Assembly (NCBI RefSeq): GCF_965227205.1
Contig: NZ_OZ245727.1
Location: 608,863-672,862 of the forward strand
Direction: 5' to 3'
Length of the DNA stretch: 64,000 nt
Source of the DNA: Pedobacter sp.
GTDB lineage: Bacteria > Bacteroidota > Bacteroidia > Sphingobacteriales > Sphingobacteriaceae
In this document: positions 19,473-29,005 of the stretch, piece after piece
How positions within the stretch are numbered: the first letter of the stretch is position 1
Layout: each line of letters begins with the position of its first letter
Program-made: the position numbers and the translations under genes
The notes under the pieces: generated by a model
What the model saw: only the letters and a program-made list of their open reading frames with translations
Database searches by the model: none
What the model was told of the DNA's origin: nothing

Positions 19473-20267
19473 CTAAACCGCCACTACACCCTTAATATGC
19501 GGATGCGCTTCGTAATTTTCCAAAGTGAAATCTTCAAATTTAAAATCGAAAATACTTTTCACATCAGGATTGATTTTCATTGTAGGCAATGGTTTTGGCT
19601 CGCGGCTTAACTGTAAGTTCGCTTGCTCAATGTGGTTGTTATACAAATGCGCATCGCCTAAAGTATGTACGAAATCGCCAGCTTCTAAACCACAAACTTG
19701 TGCCACCATCATGGTTAATAAAGCGTAAGATGCAATATTAAAAGGTACACCCAAGAAAATATCAGCACTGCGTTGATATAACTGGCAACTTAATTTTCCG
19801 TCTGCTACATAAAACTGAAAGAAGGCGTGGCAAGGCGGCAAAGCCATATTTTCTATTTCGGCAACATTCCACGCAGAAACAATAATTCTTCTCGAATCTG
19901 GATTGTTTTTAATGGTGTTGATGATGTTCGTAATCTGGTCGATGTGTTGCCCATCTGGCGTAGGCCAGCTTCTCCATTGCGAACCGTAAACTGGGCCAAG
20001 GTTTCCGTTTTCATCTGCCCATTCATCCCAAATACGAACGCCATTATCTTTAAGGTATTTGATGTTGGTATCGCCAGTTAAAAACCAGATTAATTCATGA
20101 ATAATAGATTTTAAGTGCAATTTCTTGGTGGTAACCATAGGGAAACCTTCTTGCAAGTTAAAACGCATTTGATAGCCAAAAACACTGATGGTTCCTGTGC
20201 CTGTACGGTCGTGTTTTTGTGCACCGTTATCCAGCACATGCTGCATTAAATCTAAATATTGTTTCAT
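19473..20267 (-). CDS. thyA: Thymidylate synthase
   Basis: [43 protein letters not shown]. Confidence 0.98.
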   Translation of the reverse strand: MKQYLDLMQHVLDNGAQKHDRTGTGTISVFGYQMRFNLQEGFPMVTTKKLHLKSIIHELIWFLTGDTNIKYLKDNGVRIWDEWADENGNLGPVYGSQWRSWPTPDGQHIDQITNIINTIKNNPDSRRIIVSAWNVAEIENMALPPCHAFFQFYVADGKLSCQLYQRSADIFLGVPFNIASYALLTMMVAQVCGLEAGDFVHTLGDAHLYNNHIEQANLQLSREPKPLPTMKINPDVKSIFDFKFEDFTLENYEAHPHIKGVVAV

Positions 20268-20436
20268 ATATCCCTATTCCCGATTAATCGGACTTCCAAA
20301 ATCTTAAGTAATTAATTAAGTACAAATATGTAAAAAATCTTAATCCTGAAATCTTTTAGTTTTCTACATTATCCGATTTTTAAACAAGCCTGACTTTTGT
20401 ATGTTTGCATCAGCACTATATTTGACTTTGAGGGGA

Positions 20437-20470
20437 AAATCTCAAATCTCAAATCTCAAATCTCAAATCC
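20437..20470 (+). repeat. Heptamer array (AAATCTC)x4+ in the ispE 5' leader
   Basis: Lies between TATATTTG (20417-20424) and ATG 20473. Confidence 0.9.
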
Positions 20471-20472
20471 GA

Positions 20473-21276
20473 ATGTTATCCTTTCCAAACGCAAAAATAA
20501 ATTTAGGCTTAAACATTACCGAAAAACGGGCAGATGGTTACCATAACCTCGAAACTGTTTTTTACCCGATTAATATTAAAGATGCAGTTGAGATTGTTAA
20601 TGCTGAAGAAACAGCTTGCAAAATTCATGGCATTGATATTCCTGGCGATGCGAATGATAACCTCTGTTTTAAGGCTTACCAATTAATAAAAGCCGATTTT
20701 GATATTCCAGCGCAGCAGATTAATTTGTTGAAAAATATACCAGTTGGAGCAGGCTTGGGCGGAGGTTCTGCAGATTGTGCTTTTGTAATTAAATTAATTA
20801 ATGAAAAGTTTGCCTTGGATTTATCCGTAACGCAAATGGAAGATTACGCCAGAAAATTGGGAGCAGATTGTGCTTTCTTCATTGGAAATAAACCTGTTTA
20901 TGCTTTTAATAAAGGTGATGAATTTGAAAAATGCGAAGTTGATTTGTCAGCGTGGTTTAAAGTTTTGGTAAAACCGCCTGTACATGTGGGTACGGCCGAT
21001 GCTTATGCGTTGGTAAAACCTCAAAAACCTTTGCAATCGTTAAAAGAAATCATACATTTGTCGCCAACAACATGGAAATATAAGGTTACCAACGATTTCG
21101 AGCAATCGGTATTCGCAAAGTATCCCCAAATTCATCAAATAAAAACCAGTTTATACGATGCAGGCGCAACATTCGCTTTAATGAGTGGTAGCGGTTCGTC
21201 GGTTTTTGCAATTTTTAACGAACCCGTTAAACTGCCCGAACTGGAAAAAGACAATTTAGTTTATTATAATATTTAA
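20473..21276 (+). CDS. ispE: 4-diphosphocytidyl-2-C-methyl-D-erythritol kinase
   Basis: PNAKINLGL, KNIPVGAGLGGGSAD, MSGSGSSVF; start reassigned to ATG 20473. Confidence 0.96.
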   Translation: MLSFPNAKINLGLNITEKRADGYHNLETVFYPINIKDAVEIVNAEETACKIHGIDIPGDANDNLCFKAYQLIKADFDIPAQQINLLKNIPVGAGLGGGSADCAFVIKLINEKFALDLSVTQMEDYARKLGADCAFFIGNKPVYAFNKGDEFEKCEVDLSAWFKVLVKPPVHVGTADAYALVKPQKPLQSLKEIIHLSPTTWKYKVTNDFEQSVFAKYPQIHQIKTSLYDAGATFALMSGSGSSVFAIFNEPVKLPELEKDNLVYYNI

Positions 21277-21360
21277 AAGAGCTGAAAGGTAAAGGCGGAA
21301 AGACTAAAGCAATTTGTCTTGTACTTTATACTAACTACTCGATACTAGAATACTAACAAC

Positions 21361-21783
21361 ATGAATATAAATCTCATCCGCAAAAGCGGGAAGTTTAATT
21401 TCGAGGCAGAAAATGAAGGCGGTTTTACTGTTGAGTTGGATGCAAAGGCTGCAATTGGTGGCGAGGGAAAAGGTTTTAGGCCAATGGAAATGCTTCTTAT
21501 TGGTTTAGGTGGTTGCAGCGGCATCGATATGGTAAACGTTTTGACAAAACAAAAAGAACCTTTAGATGATATCAAGATTGCCATTAATGCTACACGTAAG
21601 GATGAAGAAATGCCTCCGATTTTCGATGTAATCGATATTCACTTCGATTTAACCGGCGATTTAAGTGTTGCAAAAGTAGAACGTGCTTTAGCCATGACCT
21701 TTGATAAATACTGCTCCGTGTCTAATATTTTAGGGCGCTCTGCAAAAATTAACTTTACATATAATATAAATAGTAGTAAGTAG
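21361..21783 (+). CDS. OsmC family protein
   Basis: RPMEMLLIGLGGCSGID and KYCSV motifs. Confidence 0.9.
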   Translation: MNINLIRKSGKFNFEAENEGGFTVELDAKAAIGGEGKGFRPMEMLLIGLGGCSGIDMVNVLTKQKEPLDDIKIAINATRKDEEMPPIFDVIDIHFDLTGDLSVAKVERALAMTFDKYCSVSNILGRSAKINFTYNINSSK

Positions 21784-21863
21784 CAAGTATCGAGTAGCAA
21801 GACAAGTTCTTGACACTCGGCACCAAATCTTGATACTTGATACTCAAATCTTGATACTAAAAA

Positions 21864-23030
21864 ATGAAATCCGAAAATTTTGAAACCATAGCGATACGAA
21901 CTCAAACCGAACGTAGCTCGCATAAAGAACACTCTGCACCAATTTACTTAACATCAAGTTACAAGTTTGATGATGCAGAAGAAATGCGTGCTTTATTTGC
22001 GAACGAAAAGGAAGGGAATGTTTACAGCCGTTATTCAAATCCAAATACCTCAGAGTTTATCGAAAAAATGTGTTTGCTTGAAGGCGCTGAAGATGGTTTT
22101 GCCACCTCAACAGGAATGGCAGCCATTTTTACAACCTTTGGTGCATTTTTAAAAGCGGGCGACCACATCGTTTCCAGTCGTTCTGTTTTTGGTTCAACAC
22201 ACCAATTATTAACCAATGTTTTTGGTAAATGGGGCGTAACTTTCGATTATGCAGATTTAGATAAACCTGAAGATTGGGAGGGTTTGATTAAACCGAATAC
22301 CAAAATGATTTTTGTAGAAACGCCTTCAAACCCTGGTATCGATATTATTGATTTGGAATTTTTAGGCGATTTGGCGAAGAAACACAATCAACTTTTAGTG
22401 GTTGATAACTGTTTCGCCACACCGTATTTACAACAACCGATTAAATTAGGTGCGCATATTTCGATTCATTCGGCTACAAAATACATCGACGGACAAGGAC
22501 GTGTTTTAGGTGGAATTATTTTGGGTACGAAAGAACTTATAGCCGAAGTTATCGGTTTTGCCCGCCACAGCGGTCCGGCTTTATCGCCTTTCAACGCATG
22601 GATTTTATCAAAAAGTTTAGAAACATTGGCTGTTCGTATGGACCGCCATTGCGAAAACGCTTTAAAAGTTGCCGAATACTTAGAAAAACATCCAAAAATT
22701 AAATTAGTGAAGTATCCATTTTTGCCATCGCACCCACAATATGAAATTGCCAAAAAGCAAATGAAACAAGGTGGTGGTATTGTAACTATAGTAGTTAACG
22801 GAGGTATCGAAGGCGCTCGCAAATTTATGAATGGACTGAAAATGTTCTCTATTTCAGCAAACTTGGCCGATACACGTAGCATTGCAACGCATCCGGCAAC
22901 GAGTACACACAATAAATTAACTGAAGAAGAACGCAATATTGTTGGTATTGAACAAGGTTCAGTTCGCTTATCAATTGGTTTGGAGCATATCAATGATATT
23001 TTAGCTGACATTGAGCAAGCACTTTCGTAA
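21864..23030 (+). CDS. metZ: Trans-sulfuration PLP enzyme, probably O-succinylhomoserine sulfhydrylase
   Basis: YSRYSNP, STGMAAI, ETPSNP, DNCFATP, HSATKYIDGQGR (MetZ-like). Confidence 0.8.
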   Translation: MKSENFETIAIRTQTERSSHKEHSAPIYLTSSYKFDDAEEMRALFANEKEGNVYSRYSNPNTSEFIEKMCLLEGAEDGFATSTGMAAIFTTFGAFLKAGDHIVSSRSVFGSTHQLLTNVFGKWGVTFDYADLDKPEDWEGLIKPNTKMIFVETPSNPGIDIIDLEFLGDLAKKHNQLLVVDNCFATPYLQQPIKLGAHISIHSATKYIDGQGRVLGGIILGTKELIAEVIGFARHSGPALSPFNAWILSKSLETLAVRMDRHCENALKVAEYLEKHPKIKLVKYPFLPSHPQYEIAKKQMKQGGGIVTIVVNGGIEGARKFMNGLKMFSISANLADTRSIATHPATSTHNKLTEEERNIVGIEQGSVRLSIGLEHINDILADIEQALS

Positions 23031-23036
23031 GTTGGC

Positions 23037-23063
23037 CGTCATTCTGAATTTATTTCAGAATCT
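23037..23063. repeat. Single REP (CGTCATTCTGAATTTATTTCAGAATCT), followed by a degenerate family B copy to about 23155
   Basis: Near-identical to 53817-53843. Confidence 0.7.
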
Positions 23064-23242
23064 TAATTAGAAAAGCAAATACAGTGGGGCATCGGTTACG
23101 ATAGCCCCGCTTTTTGTTTCAAGCTATCAATGAAAGTGTATTCAGAATTAGGTTAGAAAATCTAAACTATAACATTAAGCGACATTATCCTGAAATCCTT
23201 CAATCCTTAGAAATCCTGATATTACTTACCCTACATCAATGC

Positions 23243-23269
23243 ACAGGTTTATAACCTGTAGTAAATTTG
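23243..23269 (+). promoter_or_regulatory. Candidate operator ACAGGTT-tat-AACCTGT abutting -7 element TAAATTTG of the pirin gene
   Basis: Perfect 7-3-7 palindrome at 23243-23259; TAnnTTTG at 23262-23269. Confidence 0.6.
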
Positions 23270-23293
23270 TATCATAAACAAGAAAGGAAATTT

Positions 23294-24016
23294 ATGTCAC
23301 AGTTTATTTTGCACAAAGAAAACACCAGAGGCCATGCAAATCATGGTTGGTTAAATGCTCACCACTCATTCAGTTTTGCTAACTATTACAATCCTGAAAG
23401 AATGCACTTTGGAGTTTTGCGGGTTTTAAATGATGACTTGATTGACGGTGGAATGGGTTTCGGAGCGCATCCACACGATAATATGGAAATCATAACGATT
23501 CCATTATCCGGAGCTATTGCGCACAAAGATAGCATGGGAAATTCGGCAGTAATTAAAGCTGGAGAAATTCAGGTTATGAGTGCCGGAACAGGCGTTAGCC
23601 ATAGCGAATTTAATGCTTTGCCTGATGAAAAACTAAGTTTATTGCAAATTTGGTTGTTCCCTAACAAGAAAAATGTTACACCACGTTACGACCAATTGGC
23701 TTTAGATGTTGAAGCTCGTCACAACAACTTTCAGCAAATTTTATCGCCAAATCAAGATGATGCCGGTGTTTGGATTCATCAGGATGCCTGGTTTTCTTTA
23801 GGTAAATTTGATGAAGGCTTTGAAACCGATTACAAAATCAAAAAAGCTGGCAATGGTGTTTATGCTTTTGTGATTAATGGTGAAGTTACCATCAATGGAC
23901 AAACTTTAAGCAAAAGAGATGGTTTAGGTGTTTGGGATGCAGATAGCATTAGTTTTAAAGCAAACACTGCCGATGCGGAAGTTTTGTTAATGGACGTTCC
24001 GATGGAATTGAGTTAA
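23294..24016 (+). CDS. Pirin family protein (YhhW-like)
   Basis: RGHANHGWL...HSFSF, GFGAHPHDNMEI, SAGTGVSHSE; start at ATG 23294. Confidence 0.93.
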   Translation: MSQFILHKENTRGHANHGWLNAHHSFSFANYYNPERMHFGVLRVLNDDLIDGGMGFGAHPHDNMEIITIPLSGAIAHKDSMGNSAVIKAGEIQVMSAGTGVSHSEFNALPDEKLSLLQIWLFPNKKNVTPRYDQLALDVEARHNNFQQILSPNQDDAGVWIHQDAWFSLGKFDEGFETDYKIKKAGNGVYAFVINGEVTINGQTLSKRDGLGVWDADSISFKANTADAEVLLMDVPMELS

Positions 24017-24030
24017 ATTAATAATTTATT

Positions 24031-24083
24031 TGTCATACTGAGCTTGTCGAAGTATAATGCATTTCGACAAGCTCAATGTGACA
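24031..24083. repeat. REP doublet (family A)
   Basis: TGTCATACTGAGCTTGTCGAAG...TTTCGACAAGCTCAATGTGACA. Confidence 0.85.
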
Positions 24084-24111
24084 ATTTTATTTTAAATTAA
24101 TTGAAATATAA

Positions 24112-24408
24112 ATGCAAACAACCATACTTTATATCGGCAGAGATACAGAAATTACCATCGTGATGAACCGGTTGCTCAACGCCCGACCAGAATGGAAAGG
24201 GATTTGTGTTTGTACAGATGAAGAAGCAATATTGATTTTAGAAACGCAGAGCGTTGATTTAGTGCTTTTGGGTAATGGTATCGATGCTGAATGTGAAAAG
24301 GCGCTGAGAGCGAATATAAATGCGCTAAAACCTGAAATAAAAATTATTCAGCATTATGGTGGTGGAAGTGGTTTGCTTTATGGTGAGATTATGACGGCAT
24401 TAGGCTAA
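24112..24408 (+). CDS. Small receiver-like (CheY-fold) hypothetical protein
   Basis: TILYIG...VDLVLLG pattern; C-terminal HYGGGSGLL. Confidence 0.65.
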   Translation: MQTTILYIGRDTEITIVMNRLLNARPEWKGICVCTDEEAILILETQSVDLVLLGNGIDAECEKALRANINALKPEIKIIQHYGGGSGLLYGEIMTALG

Positions 24409-24448
24409 TCGCTGTTCACACTTCAATAGTTGTAATTTCCTAGCCTCC

Positions 24449-24610
24449 TAAACGGGATTGAAGCGATATCCTTTTTGGCTGCTCGATTAAACTTACGAAG
24501 TCTCGCAAGCACCAATTCATTACACTTCGTAAGTTTTCTTAAAGGCCAAAAAGATTTAGCGGAAAGCCCGACTAACAATAATCGAAGCTTCAGACTTTGC
24601 TTTTCAAAAA
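24449..24610 (+). repeat. Family B element carrying an AAACTT(A/C)CGAAGT palindrome
   Basis: TAAACGGGATTG...ATCC-TTTTT[...]AAAAA-GATT...AGCCCGAC...GCTTTTCAAA. Confidence 0.7.
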
Positions 24611-24625
24611 ATTGGCTGCTTGGTT

Positions 24626-24673
24626 AAACTTCCGAAGTCTCGTAGGTACCATAGCTTTAGACTTCGGAAGTTT
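24626..24673. repeat. Palindrome AAACTTCCGAAGTCT...AGACTTCGGAAGTTT (family D); second copy at 24489-24536
   Basis: 15-bp perfect arms. Confidence 0.8.
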
Positions 24674-24712
24674 TCTTAAGTCGAAGTTCCTTAAATCTTA
24701 TAAATCCCGCCC

Positions 24713-24994
24713 TTAACTAATATAATCTCTATCCTCGTCGCTTAACTCTTTTTTACTTGAAGTAGATTGATTTTTTTCAATTTCATCATCGTAGCTGCTT
24801 ACCGTTTTCTTCGGTCGGGCAACTATGAAACCGATAATAAAACCGATTACTACGCAAACTCCAATTACCAAAAGTTTTGATACTAGAACATCATTTACAA
24901 CAATAAAATTAAATGGAACTTCATCGCTATTTAAAAATAGAAATGCAGTAAGTAATGCCGTAAGGATGATGATAAAAATGGTTTTTCCGCTCAT
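24713..24994 (-). CDS. Small membrane protein (LapA-like)
   Basis: Two hydrophobic segments followed by a charged tail. Confidence 0.7.
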   Translation of the reverse strand: MSGKTIFIIILTALLTAFLFLNSDEVPFNFIVVNDVLVSKLLVIGVCVVIGFIIGFIVARPKKTVSSYDDEIEKNQSTSSKKELSDEDRDYIS

Positions 24995-24998
24995 GTTT

Positions 24999-27803
24999 TT
25001 AAAAGCTATAATTAAATGAAAACTCTAATATCGGGTTTTGGTTGTAAATTTTGTTAACGAAAACTAACCTTGCTCCAACATCTACAACAGGTTGATACCT
25101 CAAAAGGTTTAGTTTACTGTTAATTTCTACGCCATAAGTTTTTGGTTCTGTAATTTTTGTGTTGATACCAATGTTTTCATAATGGCAGAACAGGCCGGCT
25201 CTAAGATTTCTTACATACGCCAACGAGCTCAATTCCCAATCGGGGAAAGCAAATGGAAAACGGTAATTAAACAACATACTGTTTTGGAGTTTGCTTCTGG
25301 CTAAAATATTATTGTAACCATACACTGTTGCAATTTCTGTAGCATATTGATTTACGCCACTCGCTTTTTGGTAATTAAAACTTGTCAGAAAAGAGTGATT
25401 TTTAGCAAAGCCAGGGAAATATAAAAAACTCTCCAATGCTAAAATTTCGCCTCCAAGATTTTTGTCAAATGGTTGATGATTGTAAGTCGCCCTTAAAATT
25501 TGCGCCCATTTCGGAGCAATGTCTCGTTCGGTAGTTCTTACGCTGTGGTTAAAGGTGAAATTGTACTCCATCGGAAATTTAACTTCGTTGATGAAAGTTG
25601 TTGGCATATTCTCTGTGAGGTAACGTTTAGTAAAAGATGTTGCCGTATTAAAGGTAAAAGCATAGTTGTGGTTTCTTGCATTAAATGAAATTGGAACCGA
25701 TGCATTCAATTTAAAATAGTTCTCCCGCCAATCTCCTTGCTGAATTGCATTTCTGGCTCGGTAGAACGTTCTTCTCGGTCGGTTGCGATACAGCAAGCTA
25801 AAAACAGGATAAAGCGCTTTATAGCTAATGTCTGCAGTGTACTCAAAACGTTTTAAATCGCGATGGTATTTTGCACCAGTATAAAAATCCATTGTGTTGA
25901 GCAAGTTGTTCGATTGAAGCTCCAAGCCAAAAACATATTCGTTATCGATAACGGGAATGATGCTGTGAAAACTAAACAAATTTAAACCCTGACGAAAGCG
26001 GGTTGATTGGTAGGTGCTGTCGGGAATATTTTTGAATACATTGCCGACATTTTCTTGCTGCTCAGCCGCTGCAGAAAAATCAATAAAAATATCTCTACCT
26101 ACCGGTTTTTCTGTAATTGATTTCTCGGCAATCTCATAGCCGTTAATTTTGTAATCGTTAAAAATGATTTTGCCATCTTTGGTTTCTGTCGGATTAAAAG
26201 CGCCGTATTTTGAGTTGCTCAATGCACTAATTTTTTTTGATTTTGTATCGACAGTGTAAATGTTATCGATGCCATTAAAGTGTGCGTTAAAAGCAATCTT
26301 ATCGTTCAGGAAAATTGGGCGGCTTAATTGCTGCCTGCTGTTAGAAATTATAAGTGTTTTTTTGCCGCCTTCCATTAGCCACAAATTTTTTCCTTTTTCG
26401 CTAACGCTGATAAAAGCGATCCGATTTCCTGTTTTATCAAATGCCGGGGTTTGCAAAATTTCGTTTTCGGGATTTGGATAAGTTTTAAGAATATCGCCTG
26501 TTGATGAATTAATTTCTACAAGATTGAATTGATTGTTGAGTTCTACTTTTGCCGCAATAATTTTCTTGCCATCTTCGGATAGAGTAGGAGAGAATAACCG
26601 ACTTTGGCTGCTCAGCTTTTTCAATTTCTTTGTCTTGAAATTATACGAACAAATTACGCTGTAGCTTCTCTGTTTGTAGCGTGGGTCGTAACGAATTTCA
26701 TCCCAAACCAAAACATCGTTTTTGTAACTAAACCATGCTTGTTCCTGGTATCCAATTCCGAAAAGTTTTTGTTCGGTTTTGTCTTCGTTTATGAGCACAA
26801 AATGACGTGCCTCTTGCTTACTTTCTTTAAGGGCTAAAATCTGATTTTTGTTTATGCGAACAGGTAAAAAATAATTGGTCGCTAACGATGTTTTTTCATT
26901 CAAGCTGTTGTAGCTTTCTGTTGTGATTTTTTCACTTTGAATCTTCCATTTTTCCTCGAGTTTTTCTTGAGTCGATAAGTAATAGGTTTTTGTGTTTTTG
27001 CCAGTGATTTTTTTCAGGCTTTGCGAAAAAGGATAAAGCCTTAAAGGTCTTCTTTTAATATCTGATAAAATACTGTCGGAAATAAATTGTCCATATTTTT
27101 CTTTCATGTCGGCAACCATTAAATATCCTGTTTGGTAGTAGCCTGGAGTTACGTCTTTATTCGAGCCGAAATACGCTTTGCTGTAAGAGAATTTCTTGCC
27201 TTCTAAAAGTGAGGTTCGAAAAGGCATCGTCCATTTTGGTTGCCGACCTCTACCAGATTCGGTCAAAGCGGTTTCGTTAACAACGGCATCACCTTCAAAA
27301 AACCAAGTCGGCAGTCCCGCACCGAAATAGGCAAAATAAACCAACTCCGGAAAAGGATGTTCTTGCGTTCCTGTCAATTTGTCAAACTGTGCAACATGCC
27401 TAAGTTCGTGTACGGCGAGGTTGTTTAGCCAATCCTGACTATCGAAATATTGAGGCGGTGTTGCATAGAATTCAGACTTCTTCGGACCAAGCTGAACGAA
27501 GCCATTTGCTATGGTTCCGCGGTTCTGTAGTAGTAGAGGGATGGAGGTGTTTTTCTGCCTTAAACCCAAGCCAACTTTAGGGTAAATATAGGGTAGAGTT
27601 TTTGCCATTCTTTGCGCCTCATTTTCCAATTCTTTCGGATAGATGATTTTAAAGCGGTTCGCTTGAATGTAGTTCCATTTTACACTAAGTGGGTTTTGTG
27701 CAGTGCTGAAAATTTGCCCAAAAACTGATAGTGATATAAAACTTAATATAAATGTGGTTAAGTACTTGATATTTTTATATTTAAATAGTTTATGTGTGTT
27801 CAT
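24999..27803 (-). CDS. Large outer-membrane protein: N-terminal gluzincin-like domain, TolB/WD-like propeller, C-terminal beta-barrel
   Basis: Signal peptide; AVHELRH (HExxH) and WFFEGDAV; repeated FSPTLSEDG / TPAFDKTG / AFNPT propeller motifs; terminal FSFNYSF beta-signal. Confidence 0.75.
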   Translation of the reverse strand: MNTHKLFKYKNIKYLTTFILSFISLSVFGQIFSTAQNPLSVKWNYIQANRFKIIYPKELENEAQRMAKTLPYIYPKVGLGLRQKNTSIPLLLQNRGTIANGFVQLGPKKSEFYATPPQYFDSQDWLNNLAVHELRHVAQFDKLTGTQEHPFPELVYFAYFGAGLPTWFFEGDAVVNETALTESGRGRQPKWTMPFRTSLLEGKKFSYSKAYFGSNKDVTPGYYQTGYLMVADMKEKYGQFISDSILSDIKRRPLRLYPFSQSLKKITGKNTKTYYLSTQEKLEEKWKIQSEKITTESYNSLNEKTSLATNYFLPVRINKNQILALKESKQEARHFVLINEDKTEQKLFGIGYQEQAWFSYKNDVLVWDEIRYDPRYKQRSYSVICSYNFKTKKLKKLSSQSRLFSPTLSEDGKKIIAAKVELNNQFNLVEINSSTGDILKTYPNPENEILQTPAFDKTGNRIAFISVSEKGKNLWLMEGGKKTLIISNSRQQLSRPIFLNDKIAFNAHFNGIDNIYTVDTKSKKISALSNSKYGAFNPTETKDGKIIFNDYKINGYEIAEKSITEKPVGRDIFIDFSAAAEQQENVGNVFKNIPDSTYQSTRFRQGLNLFSFHSIIPVIDNEYVFGLELQSNNLLNTMDFYTGAKYHRDLKRFEYTADISYKALYPVFSLLYRNRPRRTFYRARNAIQQGDWRENYFKLNASVPISFNARNHNYAFTFNTATSFTKRYLTENMPTTFINEVKFPMEYNFTFNHSVRTTERDIAPKWAQILRATYNHQPFDKNLGGEILALESFLYFPGFAKNHSFLTSFNYQKASGVNQYATEIATVYGYNNILARSKLQNSMLFNYRFPFAFPDWELSSLAYVRNLRAGLFCHYENIGINTKITEPKTYGVEINSKLNLLRYQPVVDVGARLVFVNKIYNQNPILEFSFNYSF

Positions 27804-29005
27804 TAAGTATATATGCTAAAATATTTAGTTTTATCAGTTTTTGTGATTTGTTATATTGTTAATTTTTAATTTACTTAAGTTTATTTAACTATTTGATTAT
27901 TATATTTATATGTTATTTATGTAATTTAAAATAAACTCACTTTAACTCAGGTCAGATATTGTTTTTTATGTCGATTTTTTGAAAAATAGACTAGAATTTT
28001 TCAGAAGCTTTTAACGCTTTTAATTTACACTTATTAATTGATTTTCTCTGAAAATTTTCACTCCAATTTTGAATTTTACTTACAAAATTGTGGTTGAAAC
28101 CTCAGTAATATTTCGAGAAATAAGGAAAGTTTTTAAGTGAAAATCTGATATTTTTATGAGAAAATTTGAAGGTTTTTTCAGCTGAAATTATACTCGAGAG
28201 AATGTAAAAGTCATTGCGGAATTCGATTAAAAATCTATTGAGATAATTGTTAAATTCTGAGCTATTTAGGATATAATAAGTTTTAAATAATTATTTTTTC
28301 TTTACGAAATTGTTGCTCCTTAAAATTTATGTGCTGACTAATTGGCATTTTTTTAAAGCTTTTTTTGTATTGATGCAATTGCTTTCAAAATCAGATTTAT
28401 TCTTGAAATCACTCAAAAATTGAGTCGAGAATTAATTAAAAATTTTCTGGTAAGAGTAATTTTTTGCTATGCAAAAAGCAGAAATATTGTAGCAAATTCT
28501 TCAAATTTCTATAGATATTTCGGATGCGATTGTATGATTTTTACAAATTTTTAGGTCACTTTTTCGCCAAAATCCACCATTATAATACAATTTCTAGAGC
28601 GTATTTGCCTGCAAACTATTGAAATTTGAATTTTAATAGGTTTTAAATTTTTGCATATAATATGCTGATTATCTGTGTGTTGATTTGGTATTTGCTCTTT
28701 TCTCTAAAAGACGGTAATTAATGGTTTGCTGCATTAAGCGAGACCTAATTAGGCAATAATATTGAATTATATAACGACTTTTCCGTCTAAGAAAACCATG
28801 CTTTACAATTGATTTTTATCCAAAATGATTGAATGAAAAGTGAGAAAATCTGTTGTTTTGTTTGGAGATTTTAAAGTCGTATTGTTCGGTTTTGCTCCTC
28901 TTTTTTGCTAAGATTGATATGTTTTGATAGTCGAGGAATCCAGTAAAAGGGAGCGGATATTATATGCGGATTTGTAAGGTAAAACTCAAAGAAACTGCTG
29001 GGATT
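27804..29005. other. 1.2-kb AT-rich region without ORFs >=60 aa
   Basis: No entry in the ORF track; none of the repeat families recognised. Confidence 0.8.

Noticed and set aside
20401-20472. N-terminal extension of IspE, and similar ORF-track extensions for accD, YciI-like, HMG-CoA lyase, pcrA and DMT
   Set aside because: Extensions lie upstream of the conserved family starts or cross promoter/repeat sequence; downstream starts were used
21277-21863. SAM riboswitch ahead of osmC/metZ
   Set aside because: Spacers are short and made of heptamer repeats; no SAM-I or SAM-II core recognised
22466-23011. 181-aa antisense ORF inside metZ
   Set aside because: Shadow ORF of a conserved gene; the same applies to the other short antisense or out-of-frame ORFs in the track
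27804-29005. oriC or dif site
   Set aside because: No TTATCCACA boxes or TTATGTTAAA XerD-like arm seen by eye, and no dnaA or other origin-linked genes nearby; kept only as an unexplained gap
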